The translations under genes and the position numbers were made by a program. The notes below the pieces were generated by a model that was not told where the DNA came from, made no database searches, and saw nothing but the letters and a program-made list of their open reading frames with translations. From sequence record OM634661.1: a stretch of 64,000 nt of DNA; one strand, given 5' to 3'. This document shows positions 30,623-40,426 of this stretch, piece after piece. Positions within the stretch are counted from its first letter, which is position 1. Each line of letters opens with the position of its first letter.

Positions 30623-30799
30623 ATGACAAAATCTAACGATATCGAAGCTATTAAAACAATCCTGAACAAAACAAAAGGTGAAATCTGCAAAGAGTTCGAA
30701 AAAGTATGTTCAACAGAGAGATCTTTTATAAGATCAAAAAAAGAAATGCACGATATATTTGATGACTTATACGAGTCCTTAGAACGTTATATCCGATAA
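30623..30799 (+). CDS. Hypothetical protein (58 aa; not in the ORF track)
   Basis: MTKSNDIEAIKTILNK...LERYIR, with GGGGG RBS; fills the gap between primase and helicase. Confidence 0.6.
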   Translation: MTKSNDIEAIKTILNKTKGEICKEFEKVCSTERSFIRSKKEMHDIFDDLYESLERYIR

Positions 30800-30831
30800 A
30801 AAAAGAACATATTAGGTGGGGGGAAGAGAAA

Positions 30832-32601
30832 ATGGAACTAGATGAACTTTTGGCAGTAGAAGGTGTAGAGGAAATCAAGCAACAAGATGAAGTTAAAATT
30901 GACGTTGGAGAAAGAGAAGAGATTAAGCCTGAAATCGCTTCAAGACCTCCAGTCTTCATGCAAAAGATGAGAGAAACAATCCAGTCTGTAAAAGAATACT
31001 CTTGGAGTAGAGGAGAAATGGGTGGACTTGATTGGGGTATAGAACAATTCAATGAAGCCTTTGAAGGATTAAATACTGGTGTTCACTTGATCGGTGGACA
31101 GTCAAACGTTGGTAGCTGAGGCATTGACTATAGCAATCTAAGTGGTTAACCTCTCTAAAAAGGAGATGGAAACCATGAAGAAAGAATTGAAAGACAAAAT
31201 TGTTGAGCTTTATAGCGAGGGTGTATCAAAAAGAAGCATAAGAAATTGTATAAGTTCCATTTAATTGGTACTGAATTATTCTTGGAAAAAGCAAGAATTG
31301 AAATGAATATGCAGAAAGTCAAAAAGTATGCAAAAGGAAAAACATTTGACTTAGCATATGGAGGTCGATTGAACTTAAAAAAGTTGTATTCTTATTTATA
31401 TAAAGATGCAACAGTGTACTTACCTCGTAAAAAAGAAATTTTTCAACAATGTCTTTAATAGTCAATACAATAGGCCTGCCGTCCATCGGTGAAAGTCGTT
31501 GGATAATTAGAGCGAAATGAAGCGGGAAACTCCTCCCTCATGTTTTAGAACATGCACAGGACAACCCGAACCGAAGTGTTAGAATAATCTAGTCGTCATA
31601 TGAAAAGTATGAACGATTGACGAAAGTCAGCACAGGGGCAACGCATAGGTGATGACCGTATAGGAATAATTCACCCACGAGGTCGCTCTACCTAAGTCAC
31701 TCATTTGTGATATGGTAAAAAGGTATGCTGGACTAGATTGTAATGATCTAGAAGTACAGATAAAAAGCTGTACGATAACAAATCGAAATCAGGAATCTGT
31801 ATGCAAATTGGGTTAATGGTTGCACAAAAGAATAGAGTGGTTACGAAAGAAAAGCCGAAAAAAGCATTTGTGATTTACTTCTCACTAGATGATAGTAACA
31901 ATGAATTGCTTCCTAGATTGATTGCTATTGATCAAAGAATCCCAATCAATGCTGTAAGGTTCCCGAAGAAATACCAAGACCATGTGGAGTATATGGAACG
32001 ATTAGAAAAGGGATATGAAATGCTAGATGACATTGTAGAAAACTTTGCAATGAAAGATGTAAACGAAGGTTCTAGTATTGAGTATATCGAAAAGACAGTT
32101 GAAGAATATTACAATGAATTGATGAGAGTAGATGAAAATTATCAAATCGTAATTATGGTTGATAACTTCCACGACATTACAGTTGATGAAATTAAGTTTG
32201 GTTCAGATCAAAGTGGAAAGTACGATCATATTGCAGATCAGCTATCAAGAATTGCAACAAGGTTTGATGCACCGATCATTTGTACAGCAGAGTTCAGAAA
32301 GATAAACGGAAACAAAAGACCTACTCTTGATGATATTAGAGAGACAACAAAGATTGTATACGAAGCAAAAGCAATCATTCTTTGTTATAACGAAGTAGGC
32401 ATTAGAGGACAACAATCTAAAGTGTTCTACAACAAAGAAGGTTCAGATGAAAAACAGCCAATCTTTGAAGCAGATGTAAGAAAGAATAAATTCAGCTCAT
32501 TTAAAAGTAGAATATTCTTTGAGTTCATACCAAGTATGTCTTACTTTAGAGAAGTGCCTAAAGCAGGAGCTGTTATCTACAATCAGCAATTAGGAGGTTA
32601 A
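30832..32601 (+). CDS. dnaB: DnaB-like replicative helicase; exons 30832-31113 and 31786-32601 (365 aa after splicing)
   Basis: Splicing rebuilds Walker A (LIGGQSNVG|KSGICMQI). Exon 2 has YFSLDD, Walker B (IMVDNFH), PIICTAE and IVYEAKAII...KNK. Confidence 0.85.
31114..31785 (+). mobile_element. Group I self-splicing intron (672 nt; extra helices between P7 and P3', IA-like)
   Basis: 5' exon ends in U, intron ends in G. P3 TAGAGCGA (31508-31515) / TCGCTCTA (31683-31690). P7 A(C)GCATA (31641-31647) / TATGCT (31724-31729) with the G-C guanosine-binding pair. P2 with GAAA loop (31481-31504). P9 hairpins at 31733-31751 and 31754-31773. Confidence 0.92.
31175..31458 (+). pseudogene. Degenerate LAGLIDADG-type homing endonuclease remnant in the intron L1 loop
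   Basis: AAGGAG RBS, then a 29-aa HTH-like ORF (31175-31264). A shifted frame continues with FDLAYGGRLNLKKLYSYLYKDATVYLPRKKEIF, resembling the C-terminus of LAGLIDADG HEGs. No catalytic motif remains. Confidence 0.65.
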
Positions 32602-33227
32602 TGAGCATGAATATTGAACAGTCAGAGAGAGAAACATTCTTAGAAAGACTAAGAAGATGGAGTGAATCAAATCCCGAAGTGGAGATCAGGGAGTCTCCAT
32701 TTCCTTTGACATCACAAGGACTTTTGAATATAAACTATTCAACAAGCCACTATACAGTAAGATGCCTTGAAAAAAGAGTGATAGTTTGTCCAAAATGTTT
32801 ATTAGCATTTATGATTCAGGTTGAAATCGGTATTAAAAGAACTATGCCAAAAAGCGATTGTTGTAATGAAGTATATCGAATATTTTCAGAAAAAGAATTT
32901 CATTCATTGGATAACTGGAGAAGAGATGAGTACAAAATGCCAGATGATATGTTTCATGGAGTTAGGAAGAAATTAGATGAGTACTATCAAAAGTTTGGGT
33001 ATAGACAATTACTCGATCTTGAAATCTCTTTAACAGAAGAAGCCTATGATCGGATGAATAGAGAATATCAGCAAAGAACTCCTGTTTTTGGAACAAGTCC
33101 ATTTACTACAAGAAACTATGGGGTCTATTCAAGAGATATTGATAGAATATGGGGTATGAATTTGTTAATAAACACTCATCAACTTGCTCCAATTGAAATT
33201 ATAGAAGCAAGAAGTAATAGTTTTTAA
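32601..33227 (+). CDS. Hypothetical protein with Cys motifs
   Basis: 208-aa ORF coupled to the helicase stop; CPKC. Confidence 0.6.
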   Translation: MSMNIEQSERETFLERLRRWSESNPEVEIRESPFPLTSQGLLNINYSTSHYTVRCLEKRVIVCPKCLLAFMIQVEIGIKRTMPKSDCCNEVYRIFSEKEFHSLDNWRRDEYKMPDDMFHGVRKKLDEYYQKFGYRQLLDLEISLTEEAYDRMNREYQQRTPVFGTSPFTTRNYGVYSRDIDRIWGMNLLINTHQLAPIEIIEARSNSF

Positions 33228-33245
33228 CAAAAATAATAAAAATGA

Positions 33246-33275
33246 TTGACATTGCATCTTCCGAGTGGATAGAAA
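33246..33275 (+). promoter_or_regulatory. Promoter-like motif TTGACA-N12-AGTGG-ATAGAAAT
   Basis: Upstream of the PIN-PhoH operon. Confidence 0.55.
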
Positions 33276-33330
33276 TAAACCATAAGGAAGATGCTTTTTA
33301 TTTTAGAGAGAAAACAGGGGAGGAACACTC

Positions 33331-34641
33331 ATGAAGAAAATTCTTCTTGATACTAACGTAATTCTAGATGGACCATTTGAATCTATTGTAGAGGCATATG
33401 AAAAGGGAACAGAGATTATCATTCCTCATATTGTATTAGAGGAACTAGATACATTCAAAAAGGGAAATGAAACAAAGAACGAATATGCAAGATCGACAAC
33501 TAGACTATTAGACTCTCTAAGAAAAGAAGGCAAGCTATCCGAAGGAGTAGACTATCTAGGAAGAAAGATCATTGTAACAATTAATGATGCTGATTTGGAT
33601 TTAGACAAACCAGATTTCCGCATCATCCATACAGCAAAAGATCAAGGAGCAAAGTTAATCACTCAAGACATTAATGCTCGTGTGGTTGCAGACTCATTAG
33701 GGGTAGAAGCAGAAAACTTTGCACCGAACCATATTGATGTGAATGAACTATATACAGGATATAAAGAAATTGAAATCACAGAAGATGAATCGGTTCTTTT
33801 AGGAAGTGAAGTATCTAACTCAATTGTATATCTAGATGACGATATTTATCATAATCAATTTGTTATTATGAAGGGTCCTATGGGTGAAGAATACGAAGGA
33901 ATCTACAAAGAAGATAAAGGAAAGATTGTATTACTTGATAAACAGTATACAGCTTTTAATGTAAAGCCTAGAAAAAAGAAAGGGTCAAATGAATCAGTAA
34001 GGGAGCAAAGATTTCTTATGCACCTACTATTAGATCCTGAGATTCAATTCGTAACTGCTATCGGTCCATCGGGTTGCGGTAAGACACTTCTTACAATAGC
34101 AGCAGCACTACAACAATCTGAAAAAGAAGATGTGTATAACAAAGTAACAGTTATGAGACCGCTCATTTCAATTGGTAATGACATCGGTTTCTTACCAGGA
34201 GATAAGTTAGAAAAATTAGAACCTTGGATGGGATCTACATTCGATGCTTTGGACTTCTTAATGGAAAATGAAGAGTCTAAAGCAGCTTGGAGTGCTAGAG
34301 ATAAAACATTAGAACTGATTCATAGTGGAAGAGTAGAACTAGAAGCAATGGCACATATCAGAGGTAGAAGCTTACCAAATCAATTCTTAATCGTAGATGA
34401 TGCTCAGAACTTAACGCAGCAAGAAGCAGCATCTATCATCACAAGAGCAGCAGAAGGGACTAAGGTTGTATTCCTTGGAGATTTAAGTGAAAAGCAAATT
34501 GATAATCACAGACTCACTCCTTCTAGTAACGGTCTTGCATACGTCATTGATAAATTCAAAGGAGAAGAAATCGTGGGTCATATTACACTTAACACAGTAG
34601 TACGCTCCAAATTAGCACAGCTTGGAGTGGAAAAATTATAA
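33331..34641 (+). CDS. phoH: PIN-domain plus PhoH-family ATPase (PhoH2/YlaK-like)
   Basis: ILLDTNVIL...VLEELD (PIN); GPSGCGKT; IGFLPGDKLEKLEPW; RGRSL..QFLIVDDAQN; TRAAEGTKVVFLGD. Confidence 0.92.
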   Translation: MKKILLDTNVILDGPFESIVEAYEKGTEIIIPHIVLEELDTFKKGNETKNEYARSTTRLLDSLRKEGKLSEGVDYLGRKIIVTINDADLDLDKPDFRIIHTAKDQGAKLITQDINARVVADSLGVEAENFAPNHIDVNELYTGYKEIEITEDESVLLGSEVSNSIVYLDDDIYHNQFVIMKGPMGEEYEGIYKEDKGKIVLLDKQYTAFNVKPRKKKGSNESVREQRFLMHLLLDPEIQFVTAIGPSGCGKTLLTIAAALQQSEKEDVYNKVTVMRPLISIGNDIGFLPGDKLEKLEPWMGSTFDALDFLMENEESKAAWSARDKTLELIHSGRVELEAMAHIRGRSLPNQFLIVDDAQNLTQQEAASIITRAAEGTKVVFLGDLSEKQIDNHRLTPSSNGLAYVIDKFKGEEIVGHITLNTVVRSKLAQLGVEKL

Positions 34642-34829
34642 TGAGACAAAGTAGAAAAAGAGATCTAGAGAGTGGCCTGTACGCATGGGTCACTTGTCTA
34701 GATTGTTACAATGAATATTTTAGAGAAGATGTGGAAGAAGGTTGTCCGATATGTGAAAGTAAGGAGTACGAAGAGATTGAAAGTGCAAAGGGCTATCTAG
34801 AAATAGAAGATCTGGAGGATATACTATGA
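34641..34829 (+). CDS. Small zinc-ribbon protein
   Basis: CLDC...CPICES. Confidence 0.6.
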   Translation: MRQSRKRDLESGLYAWVTCLDCYNEYFREDVEEGCPICESKEYEEIESAKGYLEIEDLEDIL

Positions 34830-35032
34830 ACGATATTCAAATTGCAATTTCAGATAAAGAATGGAAAGAACTATCTAAGGAAAAAAGAGAAAAGATTAAA
34901 GACATATTAGTTAACAGATATGATATTGAATTAGATGAAATCTTACAATTTGAAAAAGATATAGACGAAATGGGCTTTGATGATTTTGACAGATGGACAT
35001 ATAAAAATGAAGATGAGGAGGAAGAAAAATAA
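34826..35032 (+). CDS. Hypothetical acidic protein
   Basis: Coupled ORF with RBS. Confidence 0.6.
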   Translation: MNDIQIAISDKEWKELSKEKREKIKDILVNRYDIELDEILQFEKDIDEMGFDDFDRWTYKNEDEEEEK

Positions 35033-35394
35033 TGGCAGGTTTAAAGAATAAGAGCCAGATGATGGGTGGATCACCTATGGGAAACAACATGGAGGGCAAG
35101 ACACTAGATGGTAAAAATTACTCAGCAAATTCTATTGAAATGATGTATGCAAATCAAAATGGACACTTTGAGTGCTTCTGTAAGTTTTGCGGAAAACTTG
35201 TGATGTTAGAAGCAGCTTCACATGAAACTAAACCAGAACATTATGAGGCAGAACTTGCAAACCAAGCTCATTATGAGTGTAGTCAAAAATACGAGAAAGA
35301 GATGAAAGAAAAGCTAGAGGCTGAAATGCAAGCGAAAAAAGAAAAAGCAGATCAAGAGTACGAAGAGTATTTAAAAGAAATGTCAAAGGAGTAA
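35032..35394 (+). CDS. Hypothetical protein (Cys/His motif, coiled-coil tail)
   Basis: CKFCGK...HYEC. Confidence 0.6.
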   Translation: MAGLKNKSQMMGGSPMGNNMEGKTLDGKNYSANSIEMMYANQNGHFECFCKFCGKLVMLEAASHETKPEHYEAELANQAHYECSQKYEKEMKEKLEAEMQAKKEKADQEYEEYLKEMSKE

Positions 35395-35397
35395 GAC

Positions 35398-36198
35398 ATG
35401 CAAATAACAGTTGATCAAATACTAACATATTTAGAATGTCCAATGAAGTACAAGATGAAATATGTGTATGGGATCAAAGAAGAGAAAGATCTGAAAATAG
35501 AATTCAGAAAAGCTTTGCATCAAATAACGTTCTTCTACTATACATCATTGTTAAATGGGAATATGCCAACGATGAAGATCATGAAAAATAAATGGTCTCA
35601 TATATGGTCAGCAGCATTTGATGAGGTTGGTAAAGTAGAAGATTTTTTATTGAAGCCTAGAAGATATTCTGGTAAAGGAATGGCTATTCGTTCTGAGGCA
35701 AAGGAAGCAAAGTTTAATAGAGATGGATTTGAAATGATCCACAACTTCTATGTGAACCATACAGAAAAGAAATTTGTACCTATTCTAATCAACCAAGACT
35801 ATAGATTTTCATTTGATGATATTACAGTCATAGGAAATTTTGAATTAATTCGGGAAATACTTGACATTGAGAGCGGTAGTCGTTTTATTGATATTGTAGA
35901 TATCAAAACAAGTTCTTCCACAATGGGTTCATTCCTTTTAGAAAACGATCTAAGAAGTACAATGGCATCACATGCATTCAGAGAGGTCTTTAAAGGCAAA
36001 GAAGATCGTATATGCTTCCATTACATGAAGAATGGAGAAGAGACCTTCACAAGGAGATCTGAGAAGGATTTCAATAGGATGAAAGCCATTGTGAAAGATG
36101 TTGTGAAATGTATTCAGGAAGAAGTATTTTATCCAAGGCAAACATTCTTATGTTCAAGTTGTCCATTTGAAAAAGAGTGTAATAGCTTAAAATTTTAG
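35398..36198 (+). CDS. PD-(D/E)XK nuclease, Cas4/AddB-like (Fe-S staple)
   Basis: YLECPMKY...IVDIKT...CSSCPFEKEC. Confidence 0.8.
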   Translation: MQITVDQILTYLECPMKYKMKYVYGIKEEKDLKIEFRKALHQITFFYYTSLLNGNMPTMKIMKNKWSHIWSAAFDEVGKVEDFLLKPRRYSGKGMAIRSEAKEAKFNRDGFEMIHNFYVNHTEKKFVPILINQDYRFSFDDITVIGNFELIREILDIESGSRFIDIVDIKTSSSTMGSFLLENDLRSTMASHAFREVFKGKEDRICFHYMKNGEETFTRRSEKDFNRMKAIVKDVVKCIQEEVFYPRQTFLCSSCPFEKECNSLKF

Positions 36199-36209
36199 GA
36201 GGAATAAAA

Positions 36210-36476
36210 ATGTCTAAGAAAACAAACAAAGAAAATAAACAGGTAGAAAATAAAGAAGTGGAAAAAGAAGATTTACCAGTTAAAACAGGATTTCATTTAA
36301 GCATCTTAGAAGACGGAAGAGTAGTAGGTCCAGTTATCTTTGGTTCTGATCCTGGTTTAGTGGATCTAGACGGACTAAGCCGCTATATGCAGCGCTGGTT
36401 AGATCAACGCTGGGAAGATAATAGATTAATTGCAGAGACAGTTAATGAGATCAAAGAAGGTGAAAAGAATGACTAA
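36210..36476 (+). CDS. Hypothetical protein
   Basis: ORF with AGGAGG RBS. Confidence 0.65.
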   Translation: MSKKTNKENKQVENKEVEKEDLPVKTGFHLSILEDGRVVGPVIFGSDPGLVDLDGLSRYMQRWLDQRWEDNRLIAETVNEIKEGEKND

Positions 36477-36711
36477 GCTTTTCAATCAAGAGGGTAAAGA
36501 AGTTGCTGTTTTGAAAAAGGATATGACGATTGAATTTAATGAAAGCATGAGTGGAGATATTTATCTGTTTAATAAAGAAGGTAAAGAAATCTCTATTAAA
36601 AATGAAGATGGAAAAATGATCGTTGCATTTGATCCTTCTTATTTTCAGAAACAAACACTTAGTGATGAAAACATTTCTTTCAAAGGAAACAGAATGAATA
36701 TTAAAGAATAA
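36469..36711 (+). CDS. Hypothetical protein with an internal LFNxEGKE repeat
   Basis: ATG 36469 after GAAGGTG; LFNQEGKEV and LFNKEGKEI. Confidence 0.6.
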   Translation: MTKLFNQEGKEVAVLKKDMTIEFNESMSGDIYLFNKEGKEISIKNEDGKMIVAFDPSYFQKQTLSDENISFKGNRMNIKE

Positions 36712-36729
36712 ATAAATGGGGGATGAGAG

Positions 36730-37044
36730 ATGAATACAAATGTTACAAAACATGCTGTGAAAAAGATGAAAGAGAGAAATGGGCTACCAAAGAAAAGCTC
36801 TAAAAGAATTGCTCAAAAGGCTCTTGAATTTGGAATTAAACATTCAGACAGTAGAGGGAAGCTACGAAAATATATGGATGGTTTGTTCTTACGACACAAG
36901 AATGCGAACAATAACAGAATATACAATGACAGCGTGTATATATTCCAAGGTGATCTTTTAATTACATCTTTTCATCTAGACAGCTCTCTCATCCCATTAG
37001 CTAGAAAAATTCAAAAACAATTGAAGGAGAAAGAGAATGAGTGA
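36730..37044 (+). CDS. Hypothetical protein (VTKHAxxxMxER motif)
   Basis: ORF with GGGG RBS. Confidence 0.65.
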   Translation: MNTNVTKHAVKKMKERNGLPKKSSKRIAQKALEFGIKHSDSRGKLRKYMDGLFLRHKNANNNRIYNDSVYIFQGDLLITSFHLDSSLIPLARKIQKQLKEKENE

Positions 37045-37546
37045 AAATAAAGAGTTAGATATCCCAGGTATTTATATATCTGAACATAAAATGAATAATA
37101 TGGATATGGAACGCATCGTTGTTAGTAATCCAGCAACAAAAAGGATTTTAGATATTACAAGGCTTCCTGAGAAGTTGCAGGAGAAAGCAGTAAATGACCT
37201 AGTAGACAGAACACCTAACTATTTAGAGTTAGATCCAGAAGAGCAGAGTGAGAAGATTAAAATTGTTTTAACAATTGAAACAGTATTCGAGTACTTAAAA
37301 GAAAAAGAGATTATCAGAAAGAATGCGGATGTAGGAGAACTAGGGATAGACGAGGAAGGTTCTGTAGTGATCAGTGTATACTATACAAACCTGAGCAGAG
37401 AGATGAGAAGAGCAGGTATGAGAAAGATGTCTAAGAAAGAGCATGAAAAGATGAGAAGAGCAGTGAATATTCTAAGTGGAAATGAGAACCTGATTGATCT
37501 AGCAGCTAAAAGACTAGAGAAAGAAAAAGGTAATTCGAATGGATGA
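37037..37546 (+). CDS. Hypothetical protein
   Basis: Coupled 169-aa ORF. Confidence 0.6.
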   Translation: MSENKELDIPGIYISEHKMNNMDMERIVVSNPATKRILDITRLPEKLQEKAVNDLVDRTPNYLELDPEEQSEKIKIVLTIETVFEYLKEKEIIRKNADVGELGIDEEGSVVISVYYTNLSREMRRAGMRKMSKKEHEKMRRAVNILSGNENLIDLAAKRLEKEKGNSNG

Positions 37547-37823
37547 AAATAAATATGATGTATCAGTAAAAGGGGATTCAGTAGAAATTAAGATCCCCTT
37601 TGATTTTCTTAAAGTGTTTTGTGAGAACATGCCCTTTGCTTGGGATGAAGGTGTAGAGATAAAAGATAAAGATTTATTCCTCAAAGATTTTGCAGAAAAG
37701 ATCAAAACATGTGTCGTTAATAATGAAACAAATATAGGTGTATTTGGAGAAATGATTGACATTATTATGATGGAAATGTTAGAAGAAGGAAGAGAGTATT
37801 TTTCTAGAAATCCTAGATACTAA
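37539..37823 (+). CDS. Hypothetical protein
   Basis: Coupled ORF. Confidence 0.6.
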   Translation: MDENKYDVSVKGDSVEIKIPFDFLKVFCENMPFAWDEGVEIKDKDLFLKDFAEKIKTCVVNNETNIGVFGEMIDIIMMEMLEEGREYFSRNPRY

Positions 37824-37840
37824 AAAAGGGGAAATGACAA

Positions 37841-38098
37841 ATGAATGAAATGACGCTGCAAGGTCTGCTAAGAATGGGAAGATCTATATATGCACAAGAA
37901 GATGCAAAGTTTATGCTTATTGTAGTGAAGGCAGAAGGATCTTCTCCTGAGATCATTATTAACCCAAAGGAAAACTTTGAGTCAAAATTAGCATACTATG
38001 AAAAAGCATATAATGACGACCTTACCTTAAAAAACAATCCTAATATTCAAATCATTGATTATCATTTTGTAGAAAATCTTGATCATCACTTAAGTTAA
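37841..38098 (+). CDS. Hypothetical phage protein
   Basis: EIIINPKENFESKLAYYEKAYNDDLTLK, a common Firmicutes phage motif. Confidence 0.7.
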   Translation: MNEMTLQGLLRMGRSIYAQEDAKFMLIVVKAEGSSPEIIINPKENFESKLAYYEKAYNDDLTLKNNPNIQIIDYHFVENLDHHLS

Positions 38099-38120
38099 TT
38101 TTTTAAAAAGGGGAATGTAG

Positions 38121-38735
38121 ATGAGCGATCAATTAGAGAGAGACCTATTCTTAGCAGGTAATGTAGAAGAAGAAAATATCAACAAACTGATTCAAGAAAT
38201 TATGAAGATCAATAAAGAAGATGATGATGAAGAGAAGGAGTCAGTGGATAAAAAGCAATACAAGGCTTTCCAAGAAGGCACTGTTTCATCAATTGAAGAG
38301 ATTAATAGTATAGAATCAGACTATAAGAGAAAACCAATCCGTCTATATATAACGACATATGGAGGGGCAGTGTATGATGAACTAGCATTAGTTGATATTA
38401 TTAATAGTAGTAAAACACCAATTTATACAATTGCTTTAGGAAAGGCAATGAGTGCAGGATTCAATATATTAATTCATGGACATAAAAGATTTGCTTACAA
38501 GAACGCAACAATGATGTACCATCAAGTATCAACTGGTCATTATGGTAAGGTGCAAGATATTGAAGAGAGATTCAAAGAGTCACAGAGGCTTCAAGATATG
38601 GGTGAAAAAATGGTAATAGAAAAAACAAAAATAACAAAAGAGCTTGTAGAAAAGAACACAAGACAGAAACAAGACTGGTATATGGATGCAGAAGAAGCAT
38701 TGTCTTTAGGCGTTATTGATGAGATTTTAAATTAA
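38121..38735 (+). CDS. clpP: ClpP-family serine protease
   Basis: LYITTYGG.V...ALGKAMSAG (catalytic Ser)...MYHQ (His)...DWYMDAEEALSLGVIDEI. Confidence 0.88.
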   Translation: MSDQLERDLFLAGNVEEENINKLIQEIMKINKEDDDEEKESVDKKQYKAFQEGTVSSIEEINSIESDYKRKPIRLYITTYGGAVYDELALVDIINSSKTPIYTIALGKAMSAGFNILIHGHKRFAYKNATMMYHQVSTGHYGKVQDIEERFKESQRLQDMGEKMVIEKTKITKELVEKNTRQKQDWYMDAEEALSLGVIDEILN

Positions 38736-38751
38736 AAGGAGAGATATTAAG

Positions 38752-39420
38752 ATGGATAGTAAAAAAGAAGTAAGAAATATTATGAGTAAAGAAGAATACT
38801 TAAAGAAGAAAGAAGCATATGATAAAGAAGTAGAACAAATAAAAAAACAAGATGAAGAGTTTGTTAATAAGCTTTTGAAAGGATATCAAAAGAAGTCTAT
38901 TGCTCAAACACCAAGTACTGTTGTAGAAGAAGAGGAAGATGATGAAGAAGTAGAAACATTTGTGATAGATCCTGATAAGAATCTGGTTATGCAAAAAGAA
39001 GATGCAGAGACTGTTGGGAAATCTACAAACCCTATGATATTTGAACTAGGTCCCGAAGTGGAAGAAATTTTTAAGAATCTTACCAGGCAGGTTTTGAAAG
39101 AAGAAGAAGAAAAAGAGAAAGAAAATATATTAAAAGATACTGTAGATCGAGCTTTAGTAGGAAGAGCAGTTAGTAAACTTTTGGCTGAATTGAGAGAGGA
39201 AAGAGACATTGTTTGCTCACTTCTTTCAGAAAGTAACAGCTATCCATTACAAGTAGTAAATACTATTGAAGAAGAAATGGATAAAAAAATTACAGATTTG
39301 AGAAAATGCCATACTGCAAATGGAGTTGATACTGACAAGATTCCTGGTTGGGCAAGAGGAAATGTGAATTCATATATCTACAATACAATGAATGCGATTT
39401 GTGATTTGCTAGATGACTAA
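38752..39420 (+). CDS. Hypothetical acidic coiled-coil protein
   Basis: ORF with AGGAG RBS. Confidence 0.6.
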   Translation: MDSKKEVRNIMSKEEYLKKKEAYDKEVEQIKKQDEEFVNKLLKGYQKKSIAQTPSTVVEEEEDDEEVETFVIDPDKNLVMQKEDAETVGKSTNPMIFELGPEVEEIFKNLTRQVLKEEEEKEKENILKDTVDRALVGRAVSKLLAELREERDIVCSLLSESNSYPLQVVNTIEEEMDKKITDLRKCHTANGVDTDKIPGWARGNVNSYIYNTMNAICDLLDD

Positions 39421-39447
39421 GAAGCTCTCTATGGGGCTTCTTTTTTT
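39421..39447 (+). terminator. Rho-independent terminator
   Basis: GAAGCTCT-CTAT-GGGGCTTC followed by T7. Confidence 0.75.
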
Positions 39448-39458
39448 AGTGTAAAAGC

Positions 39459-39489
39459 TTTACAAACCAAGAATGTAGTGGTTACTAAT
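39459..39489 (+). promoter_or_regulatory. Promoter-like motif TTTACA-N12-AGTGG-TTACTAAT
   Basis: Upstream of the 39511 gene. Confidence 0.55.
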
Positions 39490-39510
39490 TAAGTATGGAG
39501 GAGATGTAAT

Positions 39511-39897
39511 ATGTTAGAAAAAGAATACAACGGAGTAAAAGTTTTTGTGTTTGAAAGTTTAGCATCGGAAGATGCGGAAGGTATTATTAGAATGTCTTCT
39601 GAAAAAGAAAATATTGTACTAAAAAAATATTCTGATAAAAAAGAAAAGGTTTTAGAAGACAAAGATTTGAAGCTCGAAGAGATGAACATGTTTAATCGTG
39701 AAGATGAATATGCACATGTGTTACATGGCATTCAATCGAGTGAGAAGGAAGTCTTTGCTGTTCTTGATGGGAGCTTAACAGCGAAGCAGGGGGTAAATAT
39801 TCTTCTTGACTTAGGATGCACAGATGGTTTTATTACAGATATAAAGACAGATTCAGTTAAAAAGAAGCCAGTAAGAAAAAAGAAAAAGAGAGATTAA
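39511..39897 (+). CDS. Hypothetical protein
   Basis: ORF with GGAGG RBS. Confidence 0.6.
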   Translation: MLEKEYNGVKVFVFESLASEDAEGIIRMSSEKENIVLKKYSDKKEKVLEDKDLKLEEMNMFNREDEYAHVLHGIQSSEKEVFAVLDGSLTAKQGVNILLDLGCTDGFITDIKTDSVKKKPVRKKKKRD

Positions 39898-39922
39898 TTT
39901 CTTTCATAGGGGAGAGAGAGTC

Positions 39923-40426
39923 TTGAGCGAATTAGTATGCGGAGTAGATCCATCAAGTACATCAAGTGGAATAAGTATTTTGACAACAGAAGAAGAATTG
40001 ATTGAATTTAAAGCAATACCTTCACCTAGTAAAGAGTATCCTGATGCATTTGATAGATTGAGAATTCAAATAGAAGGTATATCTGAAGTTATGAATAAGT
40101 ATGAACTATCATATATATTCTGTGAGGATCAATATCTTCAAAACAATCCGAAGACTCTTAAAATGTTATCAAATGTATGTGGTGCAGTCATGGGATTAGC
40201 ACTGGCAAAGGATGCTAGGTTCCAGCTATTTGAACCAACTAAATGGAGAAAATTTGCGATGGATAATGGTTCTGCAAAAAAAGAAGATACTGTCGCTTTT
40301 ATGAATGAACATTATAATTTAAAGCTAAGAAAAAAAGACAACGATATTGCAGATTCTATAGGAGTAGGTCTTGCAGGTGTGAAGTGGGGAAGGGAGAACG
40401 GAATATGGAAATGTTCAAACAAGTAG
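39923..40426 (+). CDS. RuvC-like Holliday junction resolvase
   Basis: VCGVDPSSTSSGISI...IFCEDQY...WRK...AKKED...DIADSIGVG. Confidence 0.8.
   Translation: MSELVCGVDPSSTSSGISILTTEEELIEFKAIPSPSKEYPDAFDRLRIQIEGISEVMNKYELSYIFCEDQYLQNNPKTLKMLSNVCGAVMGLALAKDARFQLFEPTKWRKFAMDNGSAKKEDTVAFMNEHYNLKLRKKDNDIADSIGVGLAGVKWGRENGIWKCSNK

Noticed and set aside
31114-31785. Intein or simple frameshift in the helicase
   Set aside because: The insert contains in-frame stops and no Cys...His-Asn intein ends; group I core pairings are present instead.
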